A DNA stretch of 20,000 bases from IMG/VR virus record IMGVR_UViG_3300027608_000026; one strand, written 5' to 3'. Source of the DNA: an uncultured virus (IMG/VR IMGVR_UViG_3300027608_000026). Its lineage: Duplodnaviria; Heunggongvirae; Uroviricota; Caudoviricetes. Under the pieces are notes generated by a model, which searched no databases, had not been told where the DNA came from, and worked only from the letters and a program-made list of their open reading frames with translations. The position numbers were made by a program, and so were the translations under genes. The stretch's first letter is position 1. Each line of letters begins with the position of its first letter. This document shows positions 8,314 through 16,775 of the stretch, piece after piece.

Positions 8314-8937
8314 ATGTCTGACTTTATTCTATCTAAAGCTCAATTAGCAGAAATCATCAAGGGAAATCCTTACATCGATCACTGGCATGGGGCTTTAGCA
8401 CAAGCATTACCCGATTACGATATTAACACGCCAGAGAGAGTTGCGGCTTTTATGGCGCAAACTGCTCACGAGAGTGGCGAATACAGAGCAATTAAAGAAA
8501 ACTTAAATTACAGGGCCGCAAGCCTACGTAAAGTTTTTCCTAAATATTTCCCAACAGACGAGCTAGCTGCCGCATACGCACAAAAGCCAGAAAAGATTGC
8601 TAACAGAGTCTATGCCAACAGAATGGGAAATGGTCCAGAGGAGTCCGGTGACGGTTATCGTTACTGCGGAAGAGGATTAATACAACTAACTGGAAAAAAC
8701 AACTATCAAGCATTTGCAGATAGCATTGAAATTACTCCAGAAGAAGTTTCAGAATTCTTAGCAACATTCGAAGGTGCTGTACAAAGCGCCTGCTGGTTCT
8801 GGGAAGCAAACAATCTTAACCAATGGGCAGACAAAGGTGATATCGTAACATTGACCAAGCGTATCAACGGCGGTACCATTGGCCTTGAAGATCGTATTAA
8901 ACATTATAATCATGTATTACATGTATTAGGAGTATAA
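8314..8937 (+). CDS. glycoside hydrolase family 19 endolysin
   Basis: AAFMAQTAHESG, GDGYRYCGRGLIQLTGKNNY, SACWFW and TKRINGG..GLEDR motifs; strong RBS. Confidence 0.92.
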   Translation: MSDFILSKAQLAEIIKGNPYIDHWHGALAQALPDYDINTPERVAAFMAQTAHESGEYRAIKENLNYRAASLRKVFPKYFPTDELAAAYAQKPEKIANRVYANRMGNGPEESGDGYRYCGRGLIQLTGKNNYQAFADSIEITPEEVSEFLATFEGAVQSACWFWEANNLNQWADKGDIVTLTKRINGGTIGLEDRIKHYNHVLHVLGV

Positions 8938-8939
8938 AC

Positions 8940-9083
8940 ATGTTAGAAACATTATTTTGGATTTTTGTTGGAGCATTTGTTGGATGGAATTTTCCTCAAC
9001 CCGACTTTGCAAGGAACATACAAACCAAGTACTTACAAAAGTACATTGACAAGTTAAAAGTTATTTTATTTTTCTGGAAGTAA
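8940..9083 (+). CDS. small membrane protein (47 aa), not in the ORF track
   Basis: MLETLFWIFVGAFVGWNFPQPDFARNIQTKYLQKYIDKLKVILFFWK fills the gap between the endolysin and the next gene. Confidence 0.7.
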   Translation: MLETLFWIFVGAFVGWNFPQPDFARNIQTKYLQKYIDKLKVILFFWK

Positions 9084-9093
9084 GGAGTAAACA

Positions 9094-9657
9094 ATGTCAA
9101 TGATTGATTCAATATTAAACTTAGTTACAAAACAACCTAAAGATGCAGATGCAGTCAAGCATCCAGTAGGTTCACGTTCAGAGCGTGAAGCCAAAATCAA
9201 AGACAAAGCAGGTATGGTTATCTCCATCTTTGCTTTGTTGTTGGCAGTGAATGCCTGGTACGGCGGCAAGTTAGGTAGCACAGTATTAAACAATACACTA
9301 GGTGCTAACAACACATGGGCACAGTATCAAGCCAAAGCAGGTCGAGGTGTTACCTACGAAATTGCGGCAAAGACCTCAACTGATCCAAAACTAAGAGCAG
9401 AATTCCAAGCTGAGAAAGAACGCATGGATGTAGACAAGAAAGAACTTGCTGTTAAAGCAAAAGAACTAGAAGCAGTTCGTGAAGAAGCCAAGAAGTCTAG
9501 CCCATGGATTGGTTATGCATCGACTGCTTATCAACTAGCAATCGTTGTTCTATCAGCAAGTATTTTAGCAGTTAGCATGGCCATGTTCTGGGGAAGTTTT
9601 GTAGTAGCAGGATTTGGATTGTTATTGAGTCTTAACGGTCTGTACCTCTGGTTCTAA
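9094..9657 (+). CDS. membrane protein, DUF4337-like
   Basis: TM helix, ANNTWAQYQAK, coiled coil, then QLAIVVLSASIL and a further TM helix; AAGGAG RBS. Confidence 0.7.
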   Translation: MSMIDSILNLVTKQPKDADAVKHPVGSRSEREAKIKDKAGMVISIFALLLAVNAWYGGKLGSTVLNNTLGANNTWAQYQAKAGRGVTYEIAAKTSTDPKLRAEFQAEKERMDVDKKELAVKAKELEAVREEAKKSSPWIGYASTAYQLAIVVLSASILAVSMAMFWGSFVVAGFGLLLSLNGLYLWF

Positions 9658-9670
9658 AGGAGCTAGCGGT

Positions 9671-10285
9671 GTGGACCCAATTACAATAGGACTTGCATTT
9701 ACGGCCGCACAATCTGCTGTAAGTTATATTAAACAAGCCGTTGCACTGGGCAAAGACATCAATAGTCTTGCAGGACAATTTAGTAAGTTTTTTGAAAGTT
9801 CAGATGCTATTCATCGTGAGCGATCAAAGGTAAAAGCCAAGGCGCAACGTCTTGGTAAAACTGATGCCGAGCTAGGGCATGAAGCTCTGCAGATTGCCAT
9901 GCACAGTGATGCTCTAAGACAAGCAGAGCGTGATCTTAAAGATATGATTCTCTGGCAGTTAGGCAAGCCACAGATTTGGGAACAGATGATTGCCGAGCGT
10001 ACCAGACTATTTAAAGAACGTGCAGAAGCGGAGCGTGAAGAAGCGGAACGCCAACTAGCGCATAAGAAGAAAATGGCAGACATGTTTATTTTTGGTATGT
10101 ATTTTATTGCAGGTGCAGTTATTTTATTTGCAGTTGCTATGGGTGGTGTTGGCGTATACGGAGCCATGGAAGAAAAAAGAATATATGAACAAAAGGTAGC
10201 AACTCGCAACGCACTTATCCGGCAGCAACAAAAAGAACGCGAAGCTCGTGAAAAGAAAGAACGAGAAGACTACGCTAAAAATTAA
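9671..10285 (+). CDS. coiled-coil membrane protein (MDP.T family, copy 1)
   Basis: GTG start after AAGGAG; amphipathic N-terminus, coiled coil, one TM helix and a charged tail. Confidence 0.8.
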   Translation: MDPITIGLAFTAAQSAVSYIKQAVALGKDINSLAGQFSKFFESSDAIHRERSKVKAKAQRLGKTDAELGHEALQIAMHSDALRQAERDLKDMILWQLGKPQIWEQMIAERTRLFKERAEAEREEAERQLAHKKKMADMFIFGMYFIAGAVILFAVAMGGVGVYGAMEEKRIYEQKVATRNALIRQQQKEREAREKKEREDYAKN

Positions 10286-10295
10286 AGGATAAGTC

Positions 10296-10415
10296 ATGTA
10301 CTTCAACATAATCATCACCACAAATGACCTAATATTCTTTTTATCTATGATACCTTTATTAATGGTGTTTGGAGTCATGTTTAAAGATTGGTACAATGAC
10401 AAGGACAGATATTAA
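10296..10415 (+). CDS. small single-TM protein (39 aa), not in the ORF track
   Basis: MYFNIIITTNDLIFFLSMIPLLMVFGVMFKDWYNDKDRY with an AAGGA RBS. Confidence 0.6.
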   Translation: MYFNIIITTNDLIFFLSMIPLLMVFGVMFKDWYNDKDRY

Positions 10416-10421
10416 CACACT

Positions 10422-10580
10422 ATGTTTGAATGGATCTTAATATTTGCACTAGCCAAAGAACCAGATGTTAAAAAATGGCCCGAGTGGGAGTGTGTGCGAT
10501 GGACATGGACCGGGGACGTTTATAATCGCACAGTGATATGTTTAGAATGGCGTAAGAGGACAAACAGATGGATCCCTTAA
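10422..10580 (+). CDS. small Trp/Cys-rich protein (52 aa), not in the ORF track
   Basis: MFEWILIFALAKEPDVKKWPEWECVRWTWTGDVYNRTVICLEWRKRTNRWIP fills the gap and overlaps the next start. Confidence 0.6.
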   Translation: MFEWILIFALAKEPDVKKWPEWECVRWTWTGDVYNRTVICLEWRKRTNRWIP

Positions 10581-11350
10581 CACTCTTTGCGTTAGCTAAC
10601 GGAGCAGTCTCCGCAGTTAAGGCTGGGTGTAAACTCTATAAAGATATCAAGGGTGCAGCCGGTGATGTCAAAGATGTATTAAAAGACATCGATGCACAGT
10701 TCCAAAAACTTCACCCTCCTGAAAAACCAGCCACAGTAGAGCAACGTAATCAATACATTCGTACAAAAAACGAAGTTGTCGAGTTAAACAAAAAGGCTAA
10801 CTCGGGCGAGCATACCGGTGTTTACACAGAGATTGGTAATCATCTTGGCGCATATTACGATAACTTAAACAAATGCATGGCAATTTTTGCTGAAGAAGAA
10901 CGCCGTAGTAAAACACAATTATATACAGGAGATGATAGTCTAGGTAAACGTGCGCTACAACGTGTTCTAATGCGTAAGCAATTAGAACAAATGGGTACTG
11001 AATTACGTGAGATAATGGTGTATCAAAGCCCTAAAGAATTGGGTGCGCTTTATACAGAAGTAGAAGAAATGATGCGTGAAATGGGTAAAGAACAAAAAGT
11101 TCTCATCATCAAACAAATGAAAATTCAAGAGGTACAGGATCGTAGACGTGCGGCCCGTATGAAACAGCTGAGAGAAGAGTTGATCATCGGTGTAGCGATT
11201 ATAATAATAATATTTGTTATGGGCGGAGTGTTCATGTGGGTAGCATACGATAGACAACAAAAATACCCACAATACGGTGACGGATTATTCCCTAAAAGCG
11301 AAGAAAAACGCCGAGCTGAAGCTGAACCCAAGATATATGTTGGACGATAA
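10568..11350 (+). CDS. coiled-coil membrane protein (MDP.T family, copy 2)
   Basis: MDPLTLFALANGAVSAVKAG N-terminus, coiled coil and one TM helix; GAGGA RBS. Confidence 0.8.
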   Translation: MDPLTLFALANGAVSAVKAGCKLYKDIKGAAGDVKDVLKDIDAQFQKLHPPEKPATVEQRNQYIRTKNEVVELNKKANSGEHTGVYTEIGNHLGAYYDNLNKCMAIFAEEERRSKTQLYTGDDSLGKRALQRVLMRKQLEQMGTELREIMVYQSPKELGALYTEVEEMMREMGKEQKVLIIKQMKIQEVQDRRRAARMKQLREELIIGVAIIIIIFVMGGVFMWVAYDRQQKYPQYGDGLFPKSEEKRRAEAEPKIYVGR

Positions 11351-11356
11351 TAAATA
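11350..11356 (+). promoter_or_regulatory. putative late promoter ATAAATA for the holin-like gene
   Basis: 21 nt upstream of ATG 11378, followed by an AGGAG RBS. Confidence 0.55.
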
Positions 11357-11377
11357 ATTGCACACTAGGAGCGAAAT

Positions 11378-11920
11378 ATGGCAGAAGAAGTTAAAAGCGA
11401 GAGCGAACAGAAAAAAGAAGATTGGATGAATTCAAAATGGCGTCCAATGATGGGCTGGATGTATATGTTGGTTTGTACTACGGATTTTGTAGTATTTCCT
11501 ATATTATGGAGCCTGTTACAATCCATAAGTCATGGCGCAGTAAATGTACAATGGCAACCAATAACATTACAGGGAGCAGGATTATTCCATATTGCTATGG
11601 GTGCCGTTATTGGTATCAGTGCATACGGTCGAACTCAAGAAAAATTAAGTGGAGCAAACAATGGCGGACTTACCTTACCAACAGGCGGCACAACATATAC
11701 TCCGCCAGCACCAATTGCAGGCGCCGGATTTGGCGGCGGCACAACACCTCCGGCAAGTAGCGTTAGCGGAGGCAGCTTTGGAAGCTCATCTACAGCGCCA
11801 ACAGGCTTTAATAGTGGTTCAGGATTTGGAGCACCAGCGCCTACAACATCGACCCCCTCAGTAACAAGCGGATTTGGAGGCAAACCTGCTCCAGCTCCAC
11901 AAGTAGATCCAGTACTATAA
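11378..11920 (+). CDS. putative holin (GTA 3TM holin-like) with low-complexity Gly/Ser/Pro/Thr tail
   Basis: WRPMMGW...TM...MGAVIGISAYGRTQEK matches the WRP..GW / LG....RT.EK pattern of this family; located in the lysis cluster. Confidence 0.65.
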   Translation: MAEEVKSESEQKKEDWMNSKWRPMMGWMYMLVCTTDFVVFPILWSLLQSISHGAVNVQWQPITLQGAGLFHIAMGAVIGISAYGRTQEKLSGANNGGLTLPTGGTTYTPPAPIAGAGFGGGTTPPASSVSGGSFGSSSTAPTGFNSGSGFGAPAPTTSTPSVTSGFGGKPAPAPQVDPVL

Positions 11921-11929
11921 GGAAAACAA

Positions 11930-12133
11930 ATGAAAAAATTATTAGCATTATTACTTGTTGGATTTTTGACAACCAATGTGTATGCAGGTGGTGAAACCAA
12001 AGAAGTATGTCATGACAAATTAGATAAGGCCGGCAAGCCTGTCAAAAATAAAGACGGTTCCGTAAAACAGGACTGCAAGAAGATTAAAGTTCATAAAAAA
12101 TTAGAAGGTACAAAAGTACCAGAAAAGAAATAA
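11930..12133 (+). CDS. small basic secreted protein
   Basis: Signal peptide MKKLLALLLVGFLTTNVYA; Lys-rich mature part with two Cys. Confidence 0.75.
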   Translation: MKKLLALLLVGFLTTNVYAGGETKEVCHDKLDKAGKPVKNKDGSVKQDCKKIKVHKKLEGTKVPEKK

Positions 12134-12137
12134 AAAC

Positions 12138-12166
12138 TTGACTCCCAGGGGAAGGTATAGTATAAT
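12138..12166 (+). promoter_or_regulatory. sigma70-type promoter for dnaJ-def-clpA
   Basis: TTGACT (12138-12143), 17-nt spacer, TATAAT (12161-12166), with an A-rich upstream tract. Confidence 0.8.
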
Positions 12167-12187
12167 TAATTGTACTATACCTTTTTT
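12152..12187 (+). terminator. intrinsic terminator of the lysis operon
   Basis: 14-bp stem AAGGTATAGTATAA / TTGTACTATACCTT (one G-U pair), TTAA loop, then a T run. Confidence 0.7.
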
Positions 12188-12195
12188 CAATTATT

Positions 12196-13062
12196 ATGCT
12201 AACAGACCATTACTCAACACTAGGCGTCCAAAAAGACGCTTCATACGAAGATATAAAAAAAGCCTATCGAAAGTTGGCTGGGCAACATCATCCCGATAAA
12301 GGTGGTGATGGCGAAATATTTAAAAATGTGCAAATTGCATACAGTATCTTAAGCGACCCTACTAGACGTTCAGAATATGATCGAAATCCGCGAGGATCAG
12401 ATCCCTGGTTTGAAAATCAAAGAGCGCACCAGGCATATAACGGTATGCATGTAAATCCAGAAGAAATGTTTGCACATTTTTTTAACCGGCCTCCAGACGT
12501 TGATCCATTTTCATTTTTTAGACAACGACCGCAACAGCCTAGAAACTTATCAATTAATGTACAGACAAATATTACATTAGAAGAAGCGTTCTATGGTAGA
12601 GATTGGTTAGCGGAAGTAACACTACCTAGTGGAAGAAACCAAACTATCAATATTAAAATACCAGCAGGTATTCAAGACGGTACCATGTTAAAGGTACAAG
12701 GACTAGGTGACGATTCACACCCTCATGTTCCAAGAGGAGACATTCATTTAACTGTGTCAGTTGCCGCACATAGAGGATTTGTAAGACAAGGCGACGATCT
12801 TGTTAAACAAATAAATGTTATGTGTGTCGAGGCAATACTGGGATGCAAATTATCAATTGATACAATCGACGGTCGAACATTGGAAGTAACAATTAATCCG
12901 GGAACACAGCACGGACAGATACTAAGTGCGGCCGGATATGGTATGCCTAATATTAACGACAACAGATTCAGAGGCAGAATGTTGATGCCTATTAATATTG
13001 AAATACCCACACAATTAACTCCCGGTCAAGTAGAGTTACTAAGTAAGTTTCATCAATCATAA
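12196..13062 (+). CDS. dnaJ: class B J-domain chaperone (DnaJ/CbpA-like, no zinc finger)
   Basis: J domain with HPDKGG, F-rich linker and DnaJ_C motifs (KIPAG, GDIHLTV, EAILG, GYGMP); no CxxCxGxG repeats. Confidence 0.9.
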   Translation: MLTDHYSTLGVQKDASYEDIKKAYRKLAGQHHPDKGGDGEIFKNVQIAYSILSDPTRRSEYDRNPRGSDPWFENQRAHQAYNGMHVNPEEMFAHFFNRPPDVDPFSFFRQRPQQPRNLSINVQTNITLEEAFYGRDWLAEVTLPSGRNQTINIKIPAGIQDGTMLKVQGLGDDSHPHVPRGDIHLTVSVAAHRGFVRQGDDLVKQINVMCVEAILGCKLSIDTIDGRTLEVTINPGTQHGQILSAAGYGMPNINDNRFRGRMLMPINIEIPTQLTPGQVELLSKFHQS

Positions 13063-13070
13063 ACAATAAT

Positions 13071-13577
13071 ATGTATAAAGTAGTTAAATTCCCCAATGAA
13101 ATTCTGCGAGAAAGGATGCCTGATTTTGATTTCAGTAATCCTATTGTAGATCCAAAAGAGTTAGAAAAAGAAATGATCGAGACTATGATAGCTAATGATG
13201 CTATTGGTCTTGCCGCGAATCAAGTCGGTATTAAAACTAGAGTGTTTGTTATGGGTTCTAAAGAACATCCAGATAATGCTGTAGGAATTTTTAATCCGGT
13301 AATCATCGAATCCGGCGGTGATTCAATGGTTGATGATAGTGAAGGTTGTTTGAGTTTCCCAGGAATATTTGCTAATATAAAACGCCCCAAAGTTATTAAG
13401 GCGCAATGGCAAAATAGTTCGGGTGAAACATTAACAACCGAAATAGAAGGGTACACCGCTAGATGTTTCCTACACGAATTTGATCACCTTGAAGGTATTG
13501 TATATCAAGATCGTATTAGTCCCCTAAAATGGGCAATGGCAGTAAAAAAATCAACTAAAACTAAAAGGAAATATTGA
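13071..13577 (+). CDS. def: peptide deformylase
   Basis: All three motifs are present: GLAANQVG, EGCLSFP and HEFDHLEG. Confidence 0.95.
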   Translation: MYKVVKFPNEILRERMPDFDFSNPIVDPKELEKEMIETMIANDAIGLAANQVGIKTRVFVMGSKEHPDNAVGIFNPVIIESGGDSMVDDSEGCLSFPGIFANIKRPKVIKAQWQNSSGETLTTEIEGYTARCFLHEFDHLEGIVYQDRISPLKWAMAVKKSTKTKRKY

Positions 13578-15838
13578 TGTTAGAACCAGATAAAAGTTTA
13601 ACTGTAATCTTTGAACGAGCTGTAGAATTAGCTACAAAGTATAAACACGAGTTTCTTACACTAGAACATTTTTTGCATAGTCTATTAGAAGATGAAAAGT
13701 TTAAAGAACTTTTAACAAGTTACGGATCCGAAGTTAGTTTACTACAGAAAGATATCGAAATCTTTCTAAATAAAGAACTAAAAGAAATTATTAATGCAGA
13801 ATTTGATGATAAACCAAAGAAAACACATTCTATGGAAAGAATGTTGAATAGAGCATTTACACAAGTATTGTTTAGCGGACGATCTAAGATTGAACCTATT
13901 GATTGTTTCCTTAGCATATTCAGTGAAAAGAAAAGCCATGCATTGTATTTTATGCGTAAAGCTAAAATTGATAAAGACAAGTTTATTGATTTTCTAAACA
14001 AGGAAGGATCTAATACAGATGATATAGATTCCGAAGAAGTTAGTAACAGACATTTAGAAAAAATCATTGTGCAATATTGCACAAGTCTAACTGCTAAAGT
14101 TAAGGCTAAACAAATAGATCCGGTAATTGGCCGTGAAAAAGAAATTGAAGAAATTACTCTTGTTCTTGCACGTAGAACCAAGGCTAATGTTATGATGATC
14201 GGAGATCCTGGTGTAGGTAAGACTGCTATTGCAGAAGGTCTAGCACGTAGGATTGAAGAAGGCAACGTTCCTAAGTTTATTAAAGATCATACAGTTTATA
14301 GTTTGGATATTAGTGCCATGCTTGCCGGAAGCAAGTATCGTGGAGACTTTGAAGAACGCCTAAAGATGGTTATTAGTGCGCTAGAAAAGAAAAAGAAGTG
14401 TATCTTGTTTATTGACGAAGCTCATATGATGAGCGGTGCTGGGGCAGTCGGTGGTGGCAGTAACGATATGAGTAATATGCTTAAACCTGTATTGGGTAAA
14501 GGAAGTATTAAAGTTATTGCTAGTACCACGTGGGAAGAATTCCGTAAGCACTTTGAAAAGGATCGTGCCCTAATGCGTCGGTTCCAACGTGTCACGGTGG
14601 GCGAGCCCGACGAAGCAACTGCTATTAAGATCCTTATGGGGCTTAAAAAATATTACGAAAAATACCATGGCGTTAAGATTAACAAGCAGGCAATAGTGGA
14701 TGCGGTTAAGTATAGCGTTAAGTACATGAGCGACAAGAAATTACCAGATAAAGCAATCGACCTAATTGATTGTGCCTGTGCCCGCTTCAAGGTTAAAGAC
14801 GAAGATAATGGTGTAGTAGACCATGATGAAATTGTATTTGAAGTAAGTAAGATTACAGGGTTGCCGTTAGATCAAATTGCATCAAAAGAAAGTCGTAATC
14901 TTAAAGACCTAGATAAAAATCTGCGTAGTAAAGTATATGGACAGGAAAAAGCGATCGAAACATTGCTTGATAAAATCTATATTGCACAGGCAGGGTTAAA
15001 AGCTCTTAATAAACCAGTAGGTAGTTTCTTGTTTGCAGGACCAACCGGTGTTGGTAAAACAGAAGTTGCTAAACAACTTGCTTTAGGCATGAGTGTAGAA
15101 CTAGTACGCTTTGATATGAGCGAATTCCAAGAGAAACACTCTATTGCTAAGTTTATTGGTGCTCCTCCGGGCTATATTGGATTTGATGACAATGCAGGTC
15201 AATTGATTACTAAACTACAAGAACATCCTAATTGTGTTCTGTTGTTAGACGAAGTTGAAAAGGCGCACCCCGATGTGTTAACCATTATGCTTCAATTAAT
15301 GGACAACGGATTTATTACCGGTAGTAATGGTAAGAAAGCAGACGGACGCAATGCTATTCTTATTATGACCAGTAATTTAGGTGCGGCAGATTCTGAAAAG
15401 AATAGCGTAGGTTTTGGTAGTTTAGAACGAGACAGCGATCCTAAGGATGCTATTAACAAATTCTTTGCTCCTGAATTCCGCAATCGATTGGACGGTATTA
15501 TCCGCTTTGGTAAGTTAGACCAAACAACAATGATTAAAATTGTTAAGAAGTTTATTGATGAGCTCAATGTGCTACTCAAAGATAGAAACGTTCATGTTAA
15601 ACTTAACGCAGACGCTGTTGAGCTGTTAATCAAGAAAGGATTTGACAGTAAAATGGGTGCTCGTCCACTACAACGTACTATTGATGAGTTTATCAAGAAA
15701 CCATTGAGTAAAGAAATCCTATTTGGAAAACTAGTTGATGGCGGAGTTGTTGAATTAACTGTTGATAAAGATACTCTGTGTATTAATTACGTAGAAGTGC
15801 TATCAGTTAAAAACACCACCGAAGCAGAAACTGTTTAA
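13574..15838 (+). CDS. clpA: ATP-dependent Clp protease ATP-binding subunit ClpA
   Basis: Clp N domain, two AAA+ modules (GDPGVGKT / FIDEAH and GPTGVGKT / LLDEVEK), KYRG and PPGYIG pore loops, VGF ClpP-docking loop, and no ClpB middle domain. Start is TTG 13574 or ATG 13577. Confidence 0.93.
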   Translation: MMLEPDKSLTVIFERAVELATKYKHEFLTLEHFLHSLLEDEKFKELLTSYGSEVSLLQKDIEIFLNKELKEIINAEFDDKPKKTHSMERMLNRAFTQVLFSGRSKIEPIDCFLSIFSEKKSHALYFMRKAKIDKDKFIDFLNKEGSNTDDIDSEEVSNRHLEKIIVQYCTSLTAKVKAKQIDPVIGREKEIEEITLVLARRTKANVMMIGDPGVGKTAIAEGLARRIEEGNVPKFIKDHTVYSLDISAMLAGSKYRGDFEERLKMVISALEKKKKCILFIDEAHMMSGAGAVGGGSNDMSNMLKPVLGKGSIKVIASTTWEEFRKHFEKDRALMRRFQRVTVGEPDEATAIKILMGLKKYYEKYHGVKINKQAIVDAVKYSVKYMSDKKLPDKAIDLIDCACARFKVKDEDNGVVDHDEIVFEVSKITGLPLDQIASKESRNLKDLDKNLRSKVYGQEKAIETLLDKIYIAQAGLKALNKPVGSFLFAGPTGVGKTEVAKQLALGMSVELVRFDMSEFQEKHSIAKFIGAPPGYIGFDDNAGQLITKLQEHPNCVLLLDEVEKAHPDVLTIMLQLMDNGFITGSNGKKADGRNAILIMTSNLGAADSEKNSVGFGSLERDSDPKDAINKFFAPEFRNRLDGIIRFGKLDQTTMIKIVKKFIDELNVLLKDRNVHVKLNADAVELLIKKGFDSKMGARPLQRTIDEFIKKPLSKEILFGKLVDGGVVELTVDKDTLCINYVEVLSVKNTTEAETV

Positions 15839-15842
15839 CAAG

Positions 15843-15849
15843 ATAAATA
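15843..15849 (+). promoter_or_regulatory. putative late promoter ATAAATA, probably giving a leaderless mRNA
   Basis: GATAAATACTCAATG: the motif ends 4 nt before ATG 15854 and no RBS is visible. Confidence 0.5.
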
Positions 15850-15853
15850 CTCA

Positions 15854-16279
15854 ATGTCCAATTTAAGTCAACAGTTTGTATTTCAAATCAACTCAGGAAC
15901 AGGCGTTATTAGCAATAGCGTCTCTATTCCTAGTACCGCAGTTTCACCTACAGGTGCTACACTATTCTATAGTGATAAACTAAAAGGTGATGGATACTAC
16001 GGATCATCCGATGGACTACATACTGTTTCTTATACTGTTGCTCCTAATTTTGCAGGCACCTGTACTATACAGGCCAGCTTAACTGTAGTTCCGGGGACCG
16101 GAGATTGGTTTGATGTAGATAGTACACCTATAATGTATGCTCGAGGGGCCAATGCTGTTGTAACTACCACTACAAATTACGTTAATTTTAACGGCAATTT
16201 CATATGGGTCCGAGCAAAAATACACCGAGAAGCGTCTTCGCCACCAGGTAGTTTGCTGTTTGTCAACTATAATCACTAA
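15854..16279 (+). CDS. hypothetical beta-rich protein, possibly virion-associated
   Basis: 141-aa ORF rich in S/T/G and aromatic residues, after a TAAATA motif. Confidence 0.75.
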   Translation: MSNLSQQFVFQINSGTGVISNSVSIPSTAVSPTGATLFYSDKLKGDGYYGSSDGLHTVSYTVAPNFAGTCTIQASLTVVPGTGDWFDVDSTPIMYARGANAVVTTTTNYVNFNGNFIWVRAKIHREASSPPGSLLFVNYNH

Positions 16280-16301
16280 ATCTCTGATTGGTTAAAACTG
16301 C

Positions 16302-16325
16302 ATAAATATTCCATACGGAGTATTT
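16302..16325 (+). promoter_or_regulatory. late promoter motif ATAAATA embedded in a hairpin that pairs with a GGAG RBS
   Basis: AAATATTCC-ATAC-GGAGTATTT (16304-16325): 9-bp stem with one G-U pair. Confidence 0.55.
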
Positions 16326-16370
16326 GATGAATATCCATGATTTAGTGTCTTATAGGGCTCAATAAACATT

Positions 16371-16775
16371 ATGAAACTATACGAATTTTTTAACGTCCCT
16401 GTCGACAAAAAAGATAGGAAATTCCCCGATTACGGCAAAAGTAAAACAGAAGAAGAAAAAGCCAAGATGGCCGATGAGCTATTTTGGTATATTATTGATA
16501 ATGATGCACTACACAAAGCACATGTTCTACCATTTGTAAAAGAATTAAAAACACAGATAACTTCACCAGATTTTAACAGAAACAGATTCACTAAATCATG
16601 GATGCCTATGGTTAATAAAGGCTGTAGGTTATTTTACAAACATCATAAACTAACAGATAATCCAGCAAAGCTATTTGACGAAGATTTTAAAGACGAACTA
16701 TGCAAAAGACTTTGTGATAAGTTTATAGATGATGTGCAAGAAGATTACTATCAGGTCGGAGATCATAAAAAATGA
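16371..16775 (+). CDS. hypothetical protein, possible internal head protein
   Basis: 134-aa ORF; N-terminal MKLYEFF resembles T4 internal-protein capsid-targeting leaders. Confidence 0.75.
   Translation: MKLYEFFNVPVDKKDRKFPDYGKSKTEEEKAKMADELFWYIIDNDALHKAHVLPFVKELKTQITSPDFNRNRFTKSWMPMVNKGCRLFYKHHKLTDNPAKLFDEDFKDELCKRLCDKFIDDVQEDYYQVGDHKK

Noticed and set aside
11422..12000. Alternative-frame and antisense ORFs over the holin-like gene (11422-11760, 11649-11864, 11635-12000)
   Set aside because: Expected by-products of GC-richer low-complexity coding. No lipobox or clear RBS suggests an embedded Rz1-type gene, and an o-spanin candidate already exists at 7249.
13574..15838. Bacterial chromosome origin suggested by clpA, dnaJ, def, groES and phoH
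   Set aside because: The context (gp44-like clamp loader, endolysin and spanins, TAAATA late motifs, split DnaE, dense small ORFs) fits a large phage, and the usual bacterial operon partners are absent.
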